Virus record (IMG/VR): IMGVR_UViG_3300046792_000213
Span: 12,394-76,393 of that record
Length of the DNA stretch: 64,000 nucleotides
Direction: 5' to 3' (one strand)
Source: a virus
Translations under genes and position numbers: made by a program
Part shown: positions 9,801 through 19,099 of the stretch, piece after piece
How the letters are laid out: each line of letters opens with the position of its first letter
How positions within the stretch are numbered: position 1 is the first letter of the stretch
The notes under the pieces: model-generated
Told to the model about the DNA's origin: nothing
What the model saw: only the letters and a program-made list of their open reading frames with translations
The model's database searches: none

Positions 9801-10304
9801 TTCGAAGCGCAGCGTGACCTGCGTGGCGTCCCATGTGTACGCCATGGTGCTGAGGTTGGTCCAGTTCAGGCCGTCTGGGGAGGTGTCGGCATACCAGGTA
9901 CTGGCGGCCTCGCGTAGGCGCCACCAGCGGTGGGCGTGCGGGTCGTAGGCGGGCAGGGTGACCGTGGTGGTGGCGCCGCCGGACACCTGGACCTGCTTGA
10001 AGACCCCGGACTCGACCCTGAGTGTCATGGCGTTGTTGGCGTCGAGCCTCACTCTCATGATCGATTTGGTACCGCCGTTGCCGTTGGCCGCCACGCCCAC
10101 CTGTGCGTACACGCTGCTGCCCGTTGCGTCGTACACCGCGGTCGTTCCGAAGGTGCTGATTCCGCCGCTGGTAGTGGGTACCGCGAGCATGACCTGGTCG
10201 TTGACGGTGTCGAGAGTCGCCGCACCGACGGTGATGGTCGACCACAGGGCCGTATTGATCGCGCCCGCGGTGAAACTGTCGGTGAGCGTGGAGAGCTTCG
10301 GCAC
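6879..10304 (-). CDS. Large minor tail protein (LamG-like and carbohydrate-binding-like regions)
   Basis: Follows tape measure; RGRQYELD, NPDGYLDP, DSNWHLV, GTITFRSR motifs. Confidence 0.85.
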   Translation of the reverse strand: MPKLSTLTDSFTAGAINTALWSTITVGAATLDTVNDQVMLAVPTTSGGISTFGTTAVYDATGSSVYAQVGVAANGNGGTKSIMRVRLDANNAMTLRVESGVFKQVQVSGGATTTVTLPAYDPHAHRWWRLREAASTWYADTSPDGLNWTNLSTMAYTWDATQVTLRFESQASVTEVAGNTTVIAHVNTRSGGQYNPNWPRAEYGAGLWWGANGGSIPRGVYVDVSQRTQGTTTVGRGRQYELDQVRAGEEQVTLGNPDGYLDPTSTTSPVAGHVQPFQPFRIRGQWPPTVNLLSRGVAAGGDATGVSVGTITPSITLDLHTDTDITGGSVVASASAWAGGRVTQFTVPIGTVVGQRIAHSPQVAVLPGQPYTAQIHVRDVTASTTLQVKPALGWYDASSPMPTSYIYGSTVTLTGSTTAGWSTLTVSGTAPAGVYGIDVGVAVAGTAAANCLIQTDGWQQETGMTASAWVMPGAWYPWYAGFTEDWQSQWSMSGTYGTVSPPAADAFSLLSQLTLSSPLTMELNSRSPRYLYTLGDPDGSTAFTDTTGAFPALPIAVSKQGAGTLTAGTAITAASPTGVYTGSAGTVVTLTTPSPGVNAPAAAASFLDLGGAGILGPSSNTFTRMIAFRYTGPAPTAEADLWTAMDQHGGANPGGQLRLWIDTAGHVNLQMASVLNGGINLSLTTAVADSNWHLVLFGQDAIGGTHSRLFLSVDGTYTDVDSSTSGGHDTPYFPQGIVSDAVGAAVRSDLGNATNYTFKGDLSYVAELATGLTSTDCTGVYTAWRSAAAGESTDARYARILRYAGYTGPTSLQAGLTTSMGPAATDGQDVVSALQDVVTTENGAHFVAADGTITFRSRSARYNALTPAYVFGERADLGELPYEDVKTVWDSTHLGNQVAVTQASTGQVFNARDAASIAAYFPRTLTRTVNASSALECQDAADYALSRYKAPLNRITALQLHPSANPALWPVCLGLELGTRVRVMRRPPGLTATQLDVFVENISWSFDDKNEAVLTLQCSPADITPYKIFAAFHTTLNATVASGVGSVVIDHGQDNTNLAAQQLWPGQQLVLGQNTANAETVTILAVGATSPGWSTATVTLTAPTSKAHTAGDVICEPLPAVITDPTTWDAVSAFDAAAFAY

Positions 10305-10312
10305 GGTGCCCC

Positions 10313-13300
10313 TTATCGCTTGTAGGCCGGGTACGTTGTCGAGTTGCGGCGTGCCCGGTTGAGGTAGCCCTGCTCGACGATGTCCACGAGGGTCCGTTCG
10401 CTGACCACGGACCCCTGGACGGTGTAGTGGTTGTGGACGACCGTGGGACCGCCGGCCATGCCGCCCCCGGCGAGAGCGGCGCCCTGCTGGACGGCCATGG
10501 CCATTCCCTGAGCGGCGACGACGGCGTGTTTCGTGGATCGGTTGATGCCGACCGCCATGCCTTGTGCGGTGTAGTCACCGAGCTGCGCCATGACTGCAGA
10601 CGGGGACCGGATACCGAGCGCTTTCTTGATCGCCGCCTGCATGGACTTGGCGATCTTCAGCATCTGCGCCTCGATCGCCTTCTCCTGCGACTGCAGCCCC
10701 TGCACGAGGCCCTGTGCAGACTTGATGCCCGCCCCGTACATCGCGTCGGCAACCGCACTGCCCGTGGCGTTCGCGGAGGACTGCATGCCCTTCTGCAGGT
10801 TGTTCAGCTCGGTGATCGTGCCCTTCGACGCGCCCATCAGAGCGGCAGTAGTCGCACCACCCTGGTCCACACCGGACGCGGCGATCTGCGCGATCAGATC
10901 CGACCGAAGCCCGGCCTTTTGCAGGGCACGCAACTGCGCGGCGAACTGGCTCGCTTTCGCGGCCTGGTCGCGCATGTTGTTCACGACGTCCTGCGAGGTC
11001 AGAGCGAACCCTGCCTGCGGGGCGGTCGTGATGATCGACGCGTTCTGCATGATCCCGGACGCGATCGAGTCCCGCTCCGACGCCCACGACTTCAGCAACG
11101 CCGCGAGCTTCGACTGGGCCGCTTTCAGCTTGCCCGCGACCGAATCCCGGTCGGCGGCCAGTTTGAGAAGCGCCGCGTTGTCCTTCGCGACGGCCTTCTG
11201 CAGGCCCTTGTGGCTGCTGCCGAAGTCCGTGTAGAGCATGCTCGCGATGCGCTTCGTCGCGGCCTTCACACTGGCCGTGGACCCGGTAAGGCCCTGCACA
11301 AGCCCGGTCATCACGTAGGCACCAAGCGCCTTGAACTTCTTCGAAGGCGAGGCAATGCCCAGCTCGTCGGAGAACGCCGCGGTGGCCGCCTTCGCCATGG
11401 CAATAGCAGCGGCCATCACGTCCGGCTGGCCCCCGGCGATCCCTCGGGCCACGCCGGCGGCGACGTTCGAGCCGGCGCCGACCGCCGCCTGTCCCCAGGA
11501 AACCGAGCCGCCGAGGATGCCCACGGTCTCCGTGGCGATCTGCCGGGAGCGGGCGTTGCGCGTGTGAGGGATATACGACTCGTCGGGCCCCTCGCCCCAC
11601 AGGATGTTGGAGCCGCCCTTGGCCATCATCGCCGGGCGGCCGAAGCCACCCTCAGCCATGCGCCGGACGCCACCGGAGACCACGGCGCCTGTGGCGTACC
11701 TGCCGCCGCCGGGCACCGCCACACCCGACCCGGACGCGATGCCCTTGTACACGACGTTGACGTGCACGGTTTTCCCGGACACCGACGCGATGGCCCGCTT
11801 CGCTGCGGCAATCTTGTTCTGCAGGTCAACGATGTCGCCACGGATGGACGTCTGCTTCGACGCCGGGGTGTTCCCCAGGTCGGCCTTGGCCTTCTTCAGC
11901 TTCGCCTGAAGGTCAGACAGGTCACCCTTGAGGAAGGCGGTCTTGTCGGGAGCCTTCAGGATCTGATCGGAGAGCTTCTTCGCCTGGTCCCGCGTGAGGC
12001 CCATGGCGTCCGCGGCGCTGATCAGCTTGGCGCGGCCCTGCTCGTAGATCCCCGACACTGTGGACCACGACTTGCCCTGATCCCGGGCGGCAGCAGCGTC
12101 CGCGTCCGCGGCGGCAGCCAGATCCGCCAGAGGCTTGTACGCGTCCCGCGCCGCCTGGGAGTTCAGGTCGATCTGCCCGTGCACCATTTTCAGTGCACTG
12201 TGGTGGCCCTTGATGGCCGCGGTGGTGTCATCAATCGCCTGCTGGAAATCAGCCTCCGCGGACAGGCCAGCCCGGTTCACGTCATTCAAAGCCTGGATGG
12301 ACTGGCGCAATCCGTCGGCGGACTGCTTCTGTGCGTCGAGGTCCCTCTGCACGGACTGCGCCTGCTGCCCGAACATGCCCATCGAGTCGGCAACAAGATC
12401 CTGCTCGAACTTGGCGTCGGCCAGAGCGCTTTTGTAGCCGTCGAGGCGGTCTGTCAGTTCCTTGGTGGGCTGCCCCGACTTCTTGACCTCGGCGGACAGC
12501 TTCGACACAGCGGCGGCGGCCAGGTCCGCCTTCCCGCCCTGCACCAACTGGGCCAGGGCGTCGTCGACTGCGTCGATGTCCTTCTTGGCGTCGTTCCACG
12601 AATTCGACTTCTTGTGCCCAAGGGTGAAGATCGAATTCATAGTGTCGTTGAAGTGGTCCATCTTGGACCCGCCACCGTTGAGGCGGTCGATGGCGCTGTT
12701 CAGCTTGTCGAAGTCGCCACCGAAGGCCACGGCCGCCTCGCCGGAGACCTTCCCGGTGTGGCCCAGTTCGCCCAGGGATGTGGTCAGCTTGTCGACGTCC
12801 GGGGCTTTCTTGCCCGAGGACATCAGCGAGTTCACGACCAGTACGAGCGCGCCGATCGCAGCAACAGCGCCGCCGATCTTTGCCCCGGTCGACAGCGACC
12901 CAATAGCCGCCCGCACGCCGGCGACACCACCACCAGCAGTGGTGGATGCGACCCGCAGTGCGGTCAGTCGAGTGGACAGAGCCGTAATAGAGCCCGCCAC
13001 GGTGGTGATCCCGGCAGAGGTCAGCTTGATCAGCTTAAGCGCGGTGTAGGCCTGCAAGGTGCGGGCGATGAACGACACGGGCAGCGAGGCGACCAGGGCG
13101 GCCGTGGCGTTGACCAAGGACAGGACGCCCGGCCCCGCCTCAGCAGCACCCTTGAAGACCTGCATCACGGCCCTCGCGATGTTCTCCAGAGTCTTCCGGA
13201 CCGCCGGCCCCTGATGCTCCGCGTACTTCATGAAGTCCGCGACCGGACCGTTGGCCTTCCCCTCAGACAGGACGCGGCTGAAGTGGATGACGTCATCCAC

Positions 13301-14584
13301 GCCTCGCTTGAGCGCCCCGTCCGCGAAGGTCGTGAAGCGCTTCATCATTGCGTCGAAACCCGGCGTACTGACCGCCCCACCGGCCACAGTGATCAGCCGG
13401 TCCAACTCTGTGGAGGTGCCCTTAACCAACGGGTTGAGCTTCGGCAGGATCGCCTCGACAACCGCAATGGACTTCTCGACCGGGGCCATGGTGAAGCGGG
13501 CCAGGTCGTCGGACCACGACTTGAACGACGTCCGGAGTTCCATGTAGCCCACGGCGGCGCGCCGGGTCGCCGGCGGCAGCGCCGTAAGGGACTGCAGCGC
13601 CTGGTCCTGCGCCTGTGCGGCCTGCTTCGACGCTGGCCCGTACTTGGTGACCGCTTCGGTGTACTTCGTCTGTGCATCCGCCGCGTCGCCCAACTGCTTG
13701 ATCTGCGGGACAACGGCAAGGCCGAACGCGCCGACGGCAACCGCCGCGGACCCCAAGGACGCGGCAAGGTGCAGCGCCGTCTGGGTGAGAACAGCCGCCA
13801 CCGGCGCGAGTGCGGGCGCAAGGGACAGAAGCGTCCCCAAGGTGGCGCCCCCGCCGACGCCACCAGAGCCGCCGCCGCCGCCGATGACGACGGTGCGGAT
13901 CGTGGCGGTGCGGTCCCGCGCAAGGTGGGCGAGACGCGCCTCAGTGGCGACCTGCGACGACTGATGTGTGGTCGGGCGGATCCAGACGTCGATCCGCTTG
14001 CCCAACTCCATCAGGACAGTGGCGACGCGGCGCTGCGCCACCTGATCCATCTTGGGCTTGATCTTGACCTCGACTGCGTTCGCCTCAAGGTCCGCGCGTA
14101 CCGTATCCGCCTGCACCGAGTCGAGCTTGAGCTGTACCGACAGCTTCGCCGCAGGGCTGTCCTTAACCTTCTCCTTCAGCGCCGCGAGCGTGCCGTCTTT
14201 CAACCGCAGAGCGGTGTCCAGCTTCGCCGCGGAACTGTCCTTAATTTCCTGCCGCAGATCAGCGAGGGCACCAGCCTTGAGCGTGGTGGCGACCTCAAGC
14301 TTCGCGGCAGAGGATTCCTTGACCTTGGTGCGGAGGTCGGCCAGGGTGCCGGTCTTGAGGCGAAGTACGACGTCGAACTTCGCAGCCTTGCTGTCTTTGA
14401 TCTTCTCTCGAAGAGCTGCGAGCGTGCCGTCCTTTAGCGTTGTGTCGACTTCCAGGGTGGCCTTGGTCTTGCCGACCTCGGTCGCCCAGGTCTTGACCTT
14501 CTCCTTAGACTCTCGGAGGGCCGTGACGAGACTGCTGTGGTCGCCTTCGAGCTTGGCGACGATGGGGGGCAGGTAGTCGGCCAC
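10313..14584 (-). CDS. Tape measure protein
   Basis: 1423 aa, Ala-rich helical; LGIASPSK and LGIRSPS repeats; GEGPDESYIP. Confidence 0.93.
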   Translation of the reverse strand: MADYLPPIVAKLEGDHSSLVTALRESKEKVKTWATEVGKTKATLEVDTTLKDGTLAALREKIKDSKAAKFDVVLRLKTGTLADLRTKVKESSAAKLEVATTLKAGALADLRQEIKDSSAAKLDTALRLKDGTLAALKEKVKDSPAAKLSVQLKLDSVQADTVRADLEANAVEVKIKPKMDQVAQRRVATVLMELGKRIDVWIRPTTHQSSQVATEARLAHLARDRTATIRTVVIGGGGGSGGVGGGATLGTLLSLAPALAPVAAVLTQTALHLAASLGSAAVAVGAFGLAVVPQIKQLGDAADAQTKYTEAVTKYGPASKQAAQAQDQALQSLTALPPATRRAAVGYMELRTSFKSWSDDLARFTMAPVEKSIAVVEAILPKLNPLVKGTSTELDRLITVAGGAVSTPGFDAMMKRFTTFADGALKRGVDDVIHFSRVLSEGKANGPVADFMKYAEHQGPAVRKTLENIARAVMQVFKGAAEAGPGVLSLVNATAALVASLPVSFIARTLQAYTALKLIKLTSAGITTVAGSITALSTRLTALRVASTTAGGGVAGVRAAIGSLSTGAKIGGAVAAIGALVLVVNSLMSSGKKAPDVDKLTTSLGELGHTGKVSGEAAVAFGGDFDKLNSAIDRLNGGGSKMDHFNDTMNSIFTLGHKKSNSWNDAKKDIDAVDDALAQLVQGGKADLAAAAVSKLSAEVKKSGQPTKELTDRLDGYKSALADAKFEQDLVADSMGMFGQQAQSVQRDLDAQKQSADGLRQSIQALNDVNRAGLSAEADFQQAIDDTTAAIKGHHSALKMVHGQIDLNSQAARDAYKPLADLAAAADADAAAARDQGKSWSTVSGIYEQGRAKLISAADAMGLTRDQAKKLSDQILKAPDKTAFLKGDLSDLQAKLKKAKADLGNTPASKQTSIRGDIVDLQNKIAAAKRAIASVSGKTVHVNVVYKGIASGSGVAVPGGGRYATGAVVSGGVRRMAEGGFGRPAMMAKGGSNILWGEGPDESYIPHTRNARSRQIATETVGILGGSVSWGQAAVGAGSNVAAGVARGIAGGQPDVMAAAIAMAKAATAAFSDELGIASPSKKFKALGAYVMTGLVQGLTGSTASVKAATKRIASMLYTDFGSSHKGLQKAVAKDNAALLKLAADRDSVAGKLKAAQSKLAALLKSWASERDSIASGIMQNASIITTAPQAGFALTSQDVVNNMRDQAAKASQFAAQLRALQKAGLRSDLIAQIAASGVDQGGATTAALMGASKGTITELNNLQKGMQSSANATGSAVADAMYGAGIKSAQGLVQGLQSQEKAIEAQMLKIAKSMQAAIKKALGIRSPSAVMAQLGDYTAQGMAVGINRSTKHAVVAAQGMAMAVQQGAALAGGGMAGGPTVVHNHYTVQGSVVSERTLVDIVEQGYLNRARRNSTTYPAYKR

Positions 14585-14616
14585 AGCGGCACCCCCTCAA
14601 GTGGTCTGGTCGGGGG

Positions 14617-15057
14617 TTACATGGCTCGGCTCCACGCCTCGACGTACAGGCGCCGCAGGTCATCGCGGGCATCCCGCACGGTGGGCGCCAGGTAGGGGCG
14701 CGGCGGCAGGGTTACTGAGTGGTTGCGGCCAGCGCGCCCGCCGAGTTCCTGAATCCGGGAGTACACGGCGGTCGGCCCCAGCCGCCCGCTGAAACCGGTG
14801 CCGGTGGGGATCGGGCCGGTGGGGGTCAGCGACCCGCGGAGGTGCCCGCTGATCCGCGCCGGGGGCTCACCCGGTGGCGACGGAGTCGGGGTGCGGGGCG
14901 GGTGGTAGTAGCGGGACAGCCTGCTGTGCGCCCGCCGCTGCAGCAGGGTCAGCCCGTCCTTGGTGGCCCGGCGGGTCGCGGACATGATCCGCTGCTCCAG
15001 GGCATCAATGGCGGCGGCGAAGTCGTCCACGCCGTCCACGTTGACGGTGACGTCCAC
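14617..15057 (-). CDS. HK97 gp10-like neck protein
   Basis: SPPGEPPARISGHLRGS...YSRIQELGG...PPRPYLAP. Confidence 0.8.
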   Translation of the reverse strand: MDVTVNVDGVDDFAAAIDALEQRIMSATRRATKDGLTLLQRRAHSRLSRYYHPPRTPTPSPPGEPPARISGHLRGSLTPTGPIPTGTGFSGRLGPTAVYSRIQELGGRAGRNHSVTLPPRPYLAPTVRDARDDLRRLYVEAWSRAM

Positions 15058-15060
15058 GGG

Positions 15061-15327
15061 TCACCTCCCGCCGGCGGCGGCCTGTCGCTCCGCTTCTTCC
15101 TGTGCTCGCAGGCGCAGGGTGACCTTGGCCGCATCCACGGCGCTGGCGTACCCGGGCAGGCGCATCATGACCCACACCGGCTGCTCGTCCACCTGGTTGG
15201 GTGTCCACCCGTACCGTTCGGCGAACCACCCGTACCGCCACGCCACCGTCTCAAACAGGGTCTCCGGGTGGTCACCGGGGATCGGGCGGCCTTCAAGGAC
15301 GGCTAGGACGCGGCGGCGCCCCCAGTA
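15061..15327 (-). CDS. Tail assembly chaperone, -1 frameshift extension (T part of GT)
   Basis: Open -1 frame YWGRRRVLAVLEG...AERYGWTPNQVDEQP overlapping the chaperone 3' end. Confidence 0.75.
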   Translation of the reverse strand, partial: YWGRRRVLAVLEGRPIPGDHPETLFETVAWRYGWFAERYGWTPNQVDEQPVWVMMRLPGYASAVDAAKVTLRLRAQEEAERQAAAGGR

Positions 15328-15674
15328 GGGGACGCCGGGTCCGCCTGTGCTGCGGCGAGTGCCGCCGCATCCTCAGGCTCCGGATCCGACGGAAACAGCA
15401 GGTCTTCGGCAGGTTCGACAAGCTTCTTCAGCGCCTGGTAGTCGCGAATCTCCATCAGCCGCAGCGACTCCGGGGCCTTCAACGGGACCGGCAGCGGCAG
15501 CGACCAGTTCAGGACGAGGACGCCGATGAGGGCATTCCTCATCTGACGGATCATCGCGCCGCCCTCTCCGGTCATGGCGTCCTGGATGTCCATCTGGTCG
15601 CCGGCGCGGAGCTCGGTGGGGTCGCGGAGCTCGACCCACGAGTCCGGAGAGGCGAGTGCGTGGCGCTGAGCCAT
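15303..15674 (-). CDS. Tail assembly chaperone (G)
   Basis: Between tail tube and TMP; VLNWSL motif; ends DPASPT. Confidence 0.8.
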   Translation of the reverse strand: MAQRHALASPDSWVELRDPTELRAGDQMDIQDAMTGEGGAMIRQMRNALIGVLVLNWSLPLPVPLKAPESLRLMEIRDYQALKKLVEPAEDLLFPSDPEPEDAAALAAAQADPASPTGGAAAS

Positions 15675-15751
15675 GGTGGTGCCTTTCGTTGTGGAAGCTG
15701 GTGCTGCCCCCGGGCTTCCACATCCGGGGGCAGCAGTCGGTGGGGTGGGGA

Positions 15752-17002
15752 TCAGAAACTGCCGGGGGCGGCGGCGCAGGTCACGGAGACTTTGACCGGG
15801 GACATGCCGCCGGATCCGCCCGCGTTGGTGGTGTTGAAGACTGCTTCGAAGCTGTCCTGGTAGCCGACGGCAGCCTTGGACGTGTCGGGGGCCGCGGCAG
15901 TGAATGCGGCGACCTGGACATCGAGCTGGATGGTGATCGCAGCGTTCCCCGCGAGGCCGTTGGAGGCGAGGATCTGCACCTGCGGCTGGGTGTTGTTCAG
16001 CATGTACAACAGCGCGGACTCATCGGAGACGGCGCCGAAGTTGAGCTTGCCGTTCACGCTGAGGCCGCCGCGCTGGATGATGTACGGGGTCTGCACGCCG
16101 GTCGCAGTGAAGATCGGCGTCAGCTCACGGACGATGTCCACTTCGCCGTCGGTGACGGTGTTGACGAGGGTGCCGCCCGCAGCGGGGCCGCCGATGCCGA
16201 TTTTCGTCCGCCACGACGCGACGGGCAGGACCGTGGTCGGGTTCGGGGTCGGGGCCGCACCGGCGGGCACCGACGGCCAGGACGTGCCCTGACCGTCCCA
16301 GGTGAGCAACTCGCTCTCTGCGTTGAACTTGAAGTTCATCCCGCCCAGGCAGAACCCCGGGTACTGGCGAGCACCCACGGTCGCTGTCGGCCCGAGGGAG
16401 TGCGTCAGGGTGTGCGACGGGGGCTGCCCGCCACCACTGTTGAGCAGGGACCACGTGTAGGTGAACAGGCCGGCGCCGACGACCGGAACCACGGTCTGTG
16501 ATGCGGCGTGCCCGAACAGCAGGCCACCCGCCGGGGACGTGATGGGGATCGTGTACGGGCCCGACCCGGACGGGGTACCCGTGGTGACGACCTCCGCCGT
16601 CGCACCGGTACCGATCTGGATGACCGTCGCCGCGGGGATCGTCGCGGTCGCGGAGATGCTTGTCGCCCCCGCGACGGCCAACGCCGCCAGGGTCGTTGAC
16701 CCGGATCCGGTCGGGGTGCCGGTCACCGCGAGGTCACCGAGGAGGTTCCGCAGCCAGAAACCCAGGGTGTCCCCGTACACGGGGCCGCCGAGGGAGATGT
16801 CGGCGGTGGCGACGCCCTGAATCTGCGCGAAGCTGTCGGTTCCCATCGACCCGCGCCACGACTGGTCCTTGAGATAGGTCGGCTTGTCGGTCGGGCTGAA
16901 CGTCGTCAGCAGCTGCGTGGCGGTCATCGCCACCGGCGTGCCCTGCGCGGTCTCGCTGGCGATGCCGACGAACTGCTTTGTGGATGCGTAGGTGGCGACC
17001 AC
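15752..17002 (-). CDS. Major tail tube protein
   Basis: FVGIASETAQGTPV start, PSHTLT, GGMSPVKV end; GGAGGA RBS. Confidence 0.85.
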   Translation of the reverse strand: MVATYASTKQFVGIASETAQGTPVAMTATQLLTTFSPTDKPTYLKDQSWRGSMGTDSFAQIQGVATADISLGGPVYGDTLGFWLRNLLGDLAVTGTPTGSGSTTLAALAVAGATSISATATIPAATVIQIGTGATAEVVTTGTPSGSGPYTIPITSPAGGLLFGHAASQTVVPVVGAGLFTYTWSLLNSGGGQPPSHTLTHSLGPTATVGARQYPGFCLGGMNFKFNAESELLTWDGQGTSWPSVPAGAAPTPNPTTVLPVASWRTKIGIGGPAAGGTLVNTVTDGEVDIVRELTPIFTATGVQTPYIIQRGGLSVNGKLNFGAVSDESALLYMLNNTQPQVQILASNGLAGNAAITIQLDVQVAAFTAAAPDTSKAAVGYQDSFEAVFNTTNAGGSGGMSPVKVSVTCAAAPGSF

Positions 17003-17004
17003 GG

Positions 17005-17325
17005 TCACTCCTCCGAGGCGGGCGGAGCGTTGTCCGCGATCTGGTTGGGCTTCTTCTTGGTGGGCGACCACCGGCCGTCATCCGGGGCGGAGAACGGCCA
17101 GTCGAAGACCGTTGCCGAGTTGTCCTCGTCCGCCGGGCGGGCCGTGAGCGGCACTTCGAGGTAGTGGGTGGCTATCGGCCCGGTGAACTCGTAGACCCCC
17201 GCAGGCTGGCGCCCGGCCGGGACCTCGGTGGCTGGCGCGTCCGACGCCGGAGCGGGGGGCTCGGTGGTGGTCTTGGGCGCCGGCGTGGGGTCCGGCTTCG
17301 GCTCGTCCTTGGCGGTCGCAGGCAT
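17005..17325 (-). CDS. Hypothetical structural-module protein
   Basis: Pro-rich; GGAG RBS; operon position. Confidence 0.65.
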   Translation of the reverse strand: MPATAKDEPKPDPTPAPKTTTEPPAPASDAPATEVPAGRQPAGVYEFTGPIATHYLEVPLTARPADEDNSATVFDWPFSAPDDGRWSPTKKKPNQIADNAPPASEE

Positions 17326-17364
17326 GCGGAACTCCAGTCCGGCAGGGTAATTGGGGGCGGCGGG

Positions 17365-17895
17365 TCAGGCCTGGACGATCTCCAGGGCCGTGAACGACAT
17401 CAATGCGAACGACTTGGTCAGGCCTGCCTTGGTCTCGGGCTGCCCGTACTCCACGTCGATGGAGCCCCGGCCGCCGTCTACTGCCTCACCGGCCTCGAAG
17501 CAGGCGTTGCCGAGGGTGCGGTCAGCCCGCATGTGCTCGACAAGGGCGTCACGCAGGGCGTACACGTCGTCCTGCGCGTCCTCGGCGTGCGGCGTCCGGG
17601 ACCGGATGTACACGGCGAACTCGACGTCGTAGCGGACGTTCTTCTGGCCGCCGTGCTCGCCAGCCAGGGCAAAGCGCTGCTCAGACTGGCTGGGGATCCA
17701 CACGACGATCTGGCAGCCGGTGCGGGCGCCGTCGCCCTGGCCGTGGAAGTAGTCGGCCATCTTGTCGTCTGCCGCCCACGCCCGCCGCACCACGCCCACA
17801 CCGGGAAGAGGCGACGACCGGTAGGTGCGGGTGTCGGGGTCGTAGGCGCCACCGAAGTAGGCGCAGATCCCGTCGAGGACCGTCCGGATGCTCAT
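17365..17895 (-). CDS. Putative tail terminator/completion protein
   Basis: Position; LVEHMRADRTLG motif. Confidence 0.7.
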   Translation of the reverse strand: MSIRTVLDGICAYFGGAYDPDTRTYRSSPLPGVGVVRRAWAADDKMADYFHGQGDGARTGCQIVVWIPSQSEQRFALAGEHGGQKNVRYDVEFAVYIRSRTPHAEDAQDDVYALRDALVEHMRADRTLGNACFEAGEAVDGGRGSIDVEYGQPETKAGLTKSFALMSFTALEIVQA

Positions 17896-18773
17896 CGCAC
17901 CCGCCCGTAGGACGCCAGGGTGCGGGCCGCAGCGGCGATCAGGCCAGTGCCGTTGCGGGGGTCGCTCTTGCGGGTGTCGGACCCGAGGGCGGTGTTGGGG
18001 AACTCGTCCTCGGCGGAGCTATCTGGCCGCATCAGGGTGGCGGTGACTTTCTGCACGATCGCGTTGCGGGCGTCAGCGGGCAGGCTGGAGAAGTCGTGCC
18101 CGACCTCGTGGGCGTTGACCGTTGGTGCGGCCAGCAGGACAGCGGTAGGCGCAAGCGGCACGGTCGAGTCGGGCGGCACCCACAGCGGGGACACAGTGAC
18201 GGTCTCCTCCGCACCAGGTTCCCAGATTCGGTACTCCCCACCCGGGACGATGCCCGTCGGGTCGGCGACCGTCAGGGAGATGACGCCCGCAAGAGAATCG
18301 TCGGCCAGGACAGTGGCGACGAACCCCGCCGTGATGCTGGCCAGCACGAACACCTCACCGGACAGGGGCAACCCGAACTGCAACGACCCCGACCAGGCGG
18401 CGTTCTGGCCACCGATGGGCAGCACGATGTTCGTGTCGTTCTCCACCCACGCCCCACTGCCCGGCACGGTAGTGAGGACGGTTGAGGCGAGCCCGTAGCC
18501 GACGCTGTTCACGGCGATCACTGGGCCGTGGTCGGCGTGCCACTTGAGGTTCCCCGACCGGTCCACCACGGCCCGGCACCGCTGGATTCGGACGTGCGCA
18601 CCGAGGGGCTGGTCGCACTCGTTGTCAGCCCATGCAGACGCCTCCAGCAGGAGCGTGGTGAGGGCGGCCGTCTGGTCGGCTGGGTCCGGGTTGCCGACGC
18701 GCAGCCCGTCGGTGTCCAGGTAGGTGGGGTGTGCTCGGAATGCCGCGGCGGACACGTAGGGCGTGGTGGGCAC
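17892..18773 (-). CDS. Head-to-tail adaptor
   Basis: PYVS...LLLEASAWADNECDQPL...LPADARNA...LASYGRV, gp6/gp15-like. Confidence 0.75.
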   Translation of the reverse strand: MPTTPYVSAAAFRAHPTYLDTDGLRVGNPDPADQTAALTTLLLEASAWADNECDQPLGAHVRIQRCRAVVDRSGNLKWHADHGPVIAVNSVGYGLASTVLTTVPGSGAWVENDTNIVLPIGGQNAAWSGSLQFGLPLSGEVFVLASITAGFVATVLADDSLAGVISLTVADPTGIVPGGEYRIWEPGAEETVTVSPLWVPPDSTVPLAPTAVLLAAPTVNAHEVGHDFSSLPADARNAIVQKVTATLMRPDSSAEDEFPNTALGSDTRKSDPRNGTGLIAAAARTLASYGRVR

Positions 18774-18798
18774 GACCGCTCACCCCCGTTCGTCTCGG

Positions 18799-19095
18799 TC
18801 AGGTGTCGCGGATCCAGGTGCCGTGCTCGCAGCCGTGCGAGAAGGCGCCGTCCGCCCACCCGTTGGGGAAGCAGATCGGGCAGGGCTGCTCGACTTCCTG
18901 GAGGTCGCTCTTCGTCGGCTTGTCGTCCGGCGGGGAGGCTTCGGCCGGCGGATCGACAGGGGCGGGAGTAGTGGCACCCGCGTCGGCATCGGCTGGCGGG
19001 ACGGTCTCGGTCGGTAGGGTCTCGTCGCCCTGCTGCTCAGCCGCCGGGGCGTCAGGGGTGGGCGGCTTCGGTTCGGCGCGCTTGCGCGGGGGCAT
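18799..19095 (-). CDS. Hypothetical protein with Cys/His C-terminus
   Basis: MPPRKRAEP; CPICFP...GCEHGTW. Confidence 0.65.
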   Translation of the reverse strand: MPPRKRAEPKPPTPDAPAAEQQGDETLPTETVPPADADAGATTPAPVDPPAEASPPDDKPTKSDLQEVEQPCPICFPNGWADGAFSHGCEHGTWIRDT

Positions 19096-19099
19096 GTTC

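Noticed and set aside
10427-14437. 1336-aa plus-strand ORF, and similar long ORFs at 19188-21311, 5018-6436 and 53558-54874
   Set aside because: Antisense shadows of real minus-strand genes, expected from high-GC codon bias; no motifs
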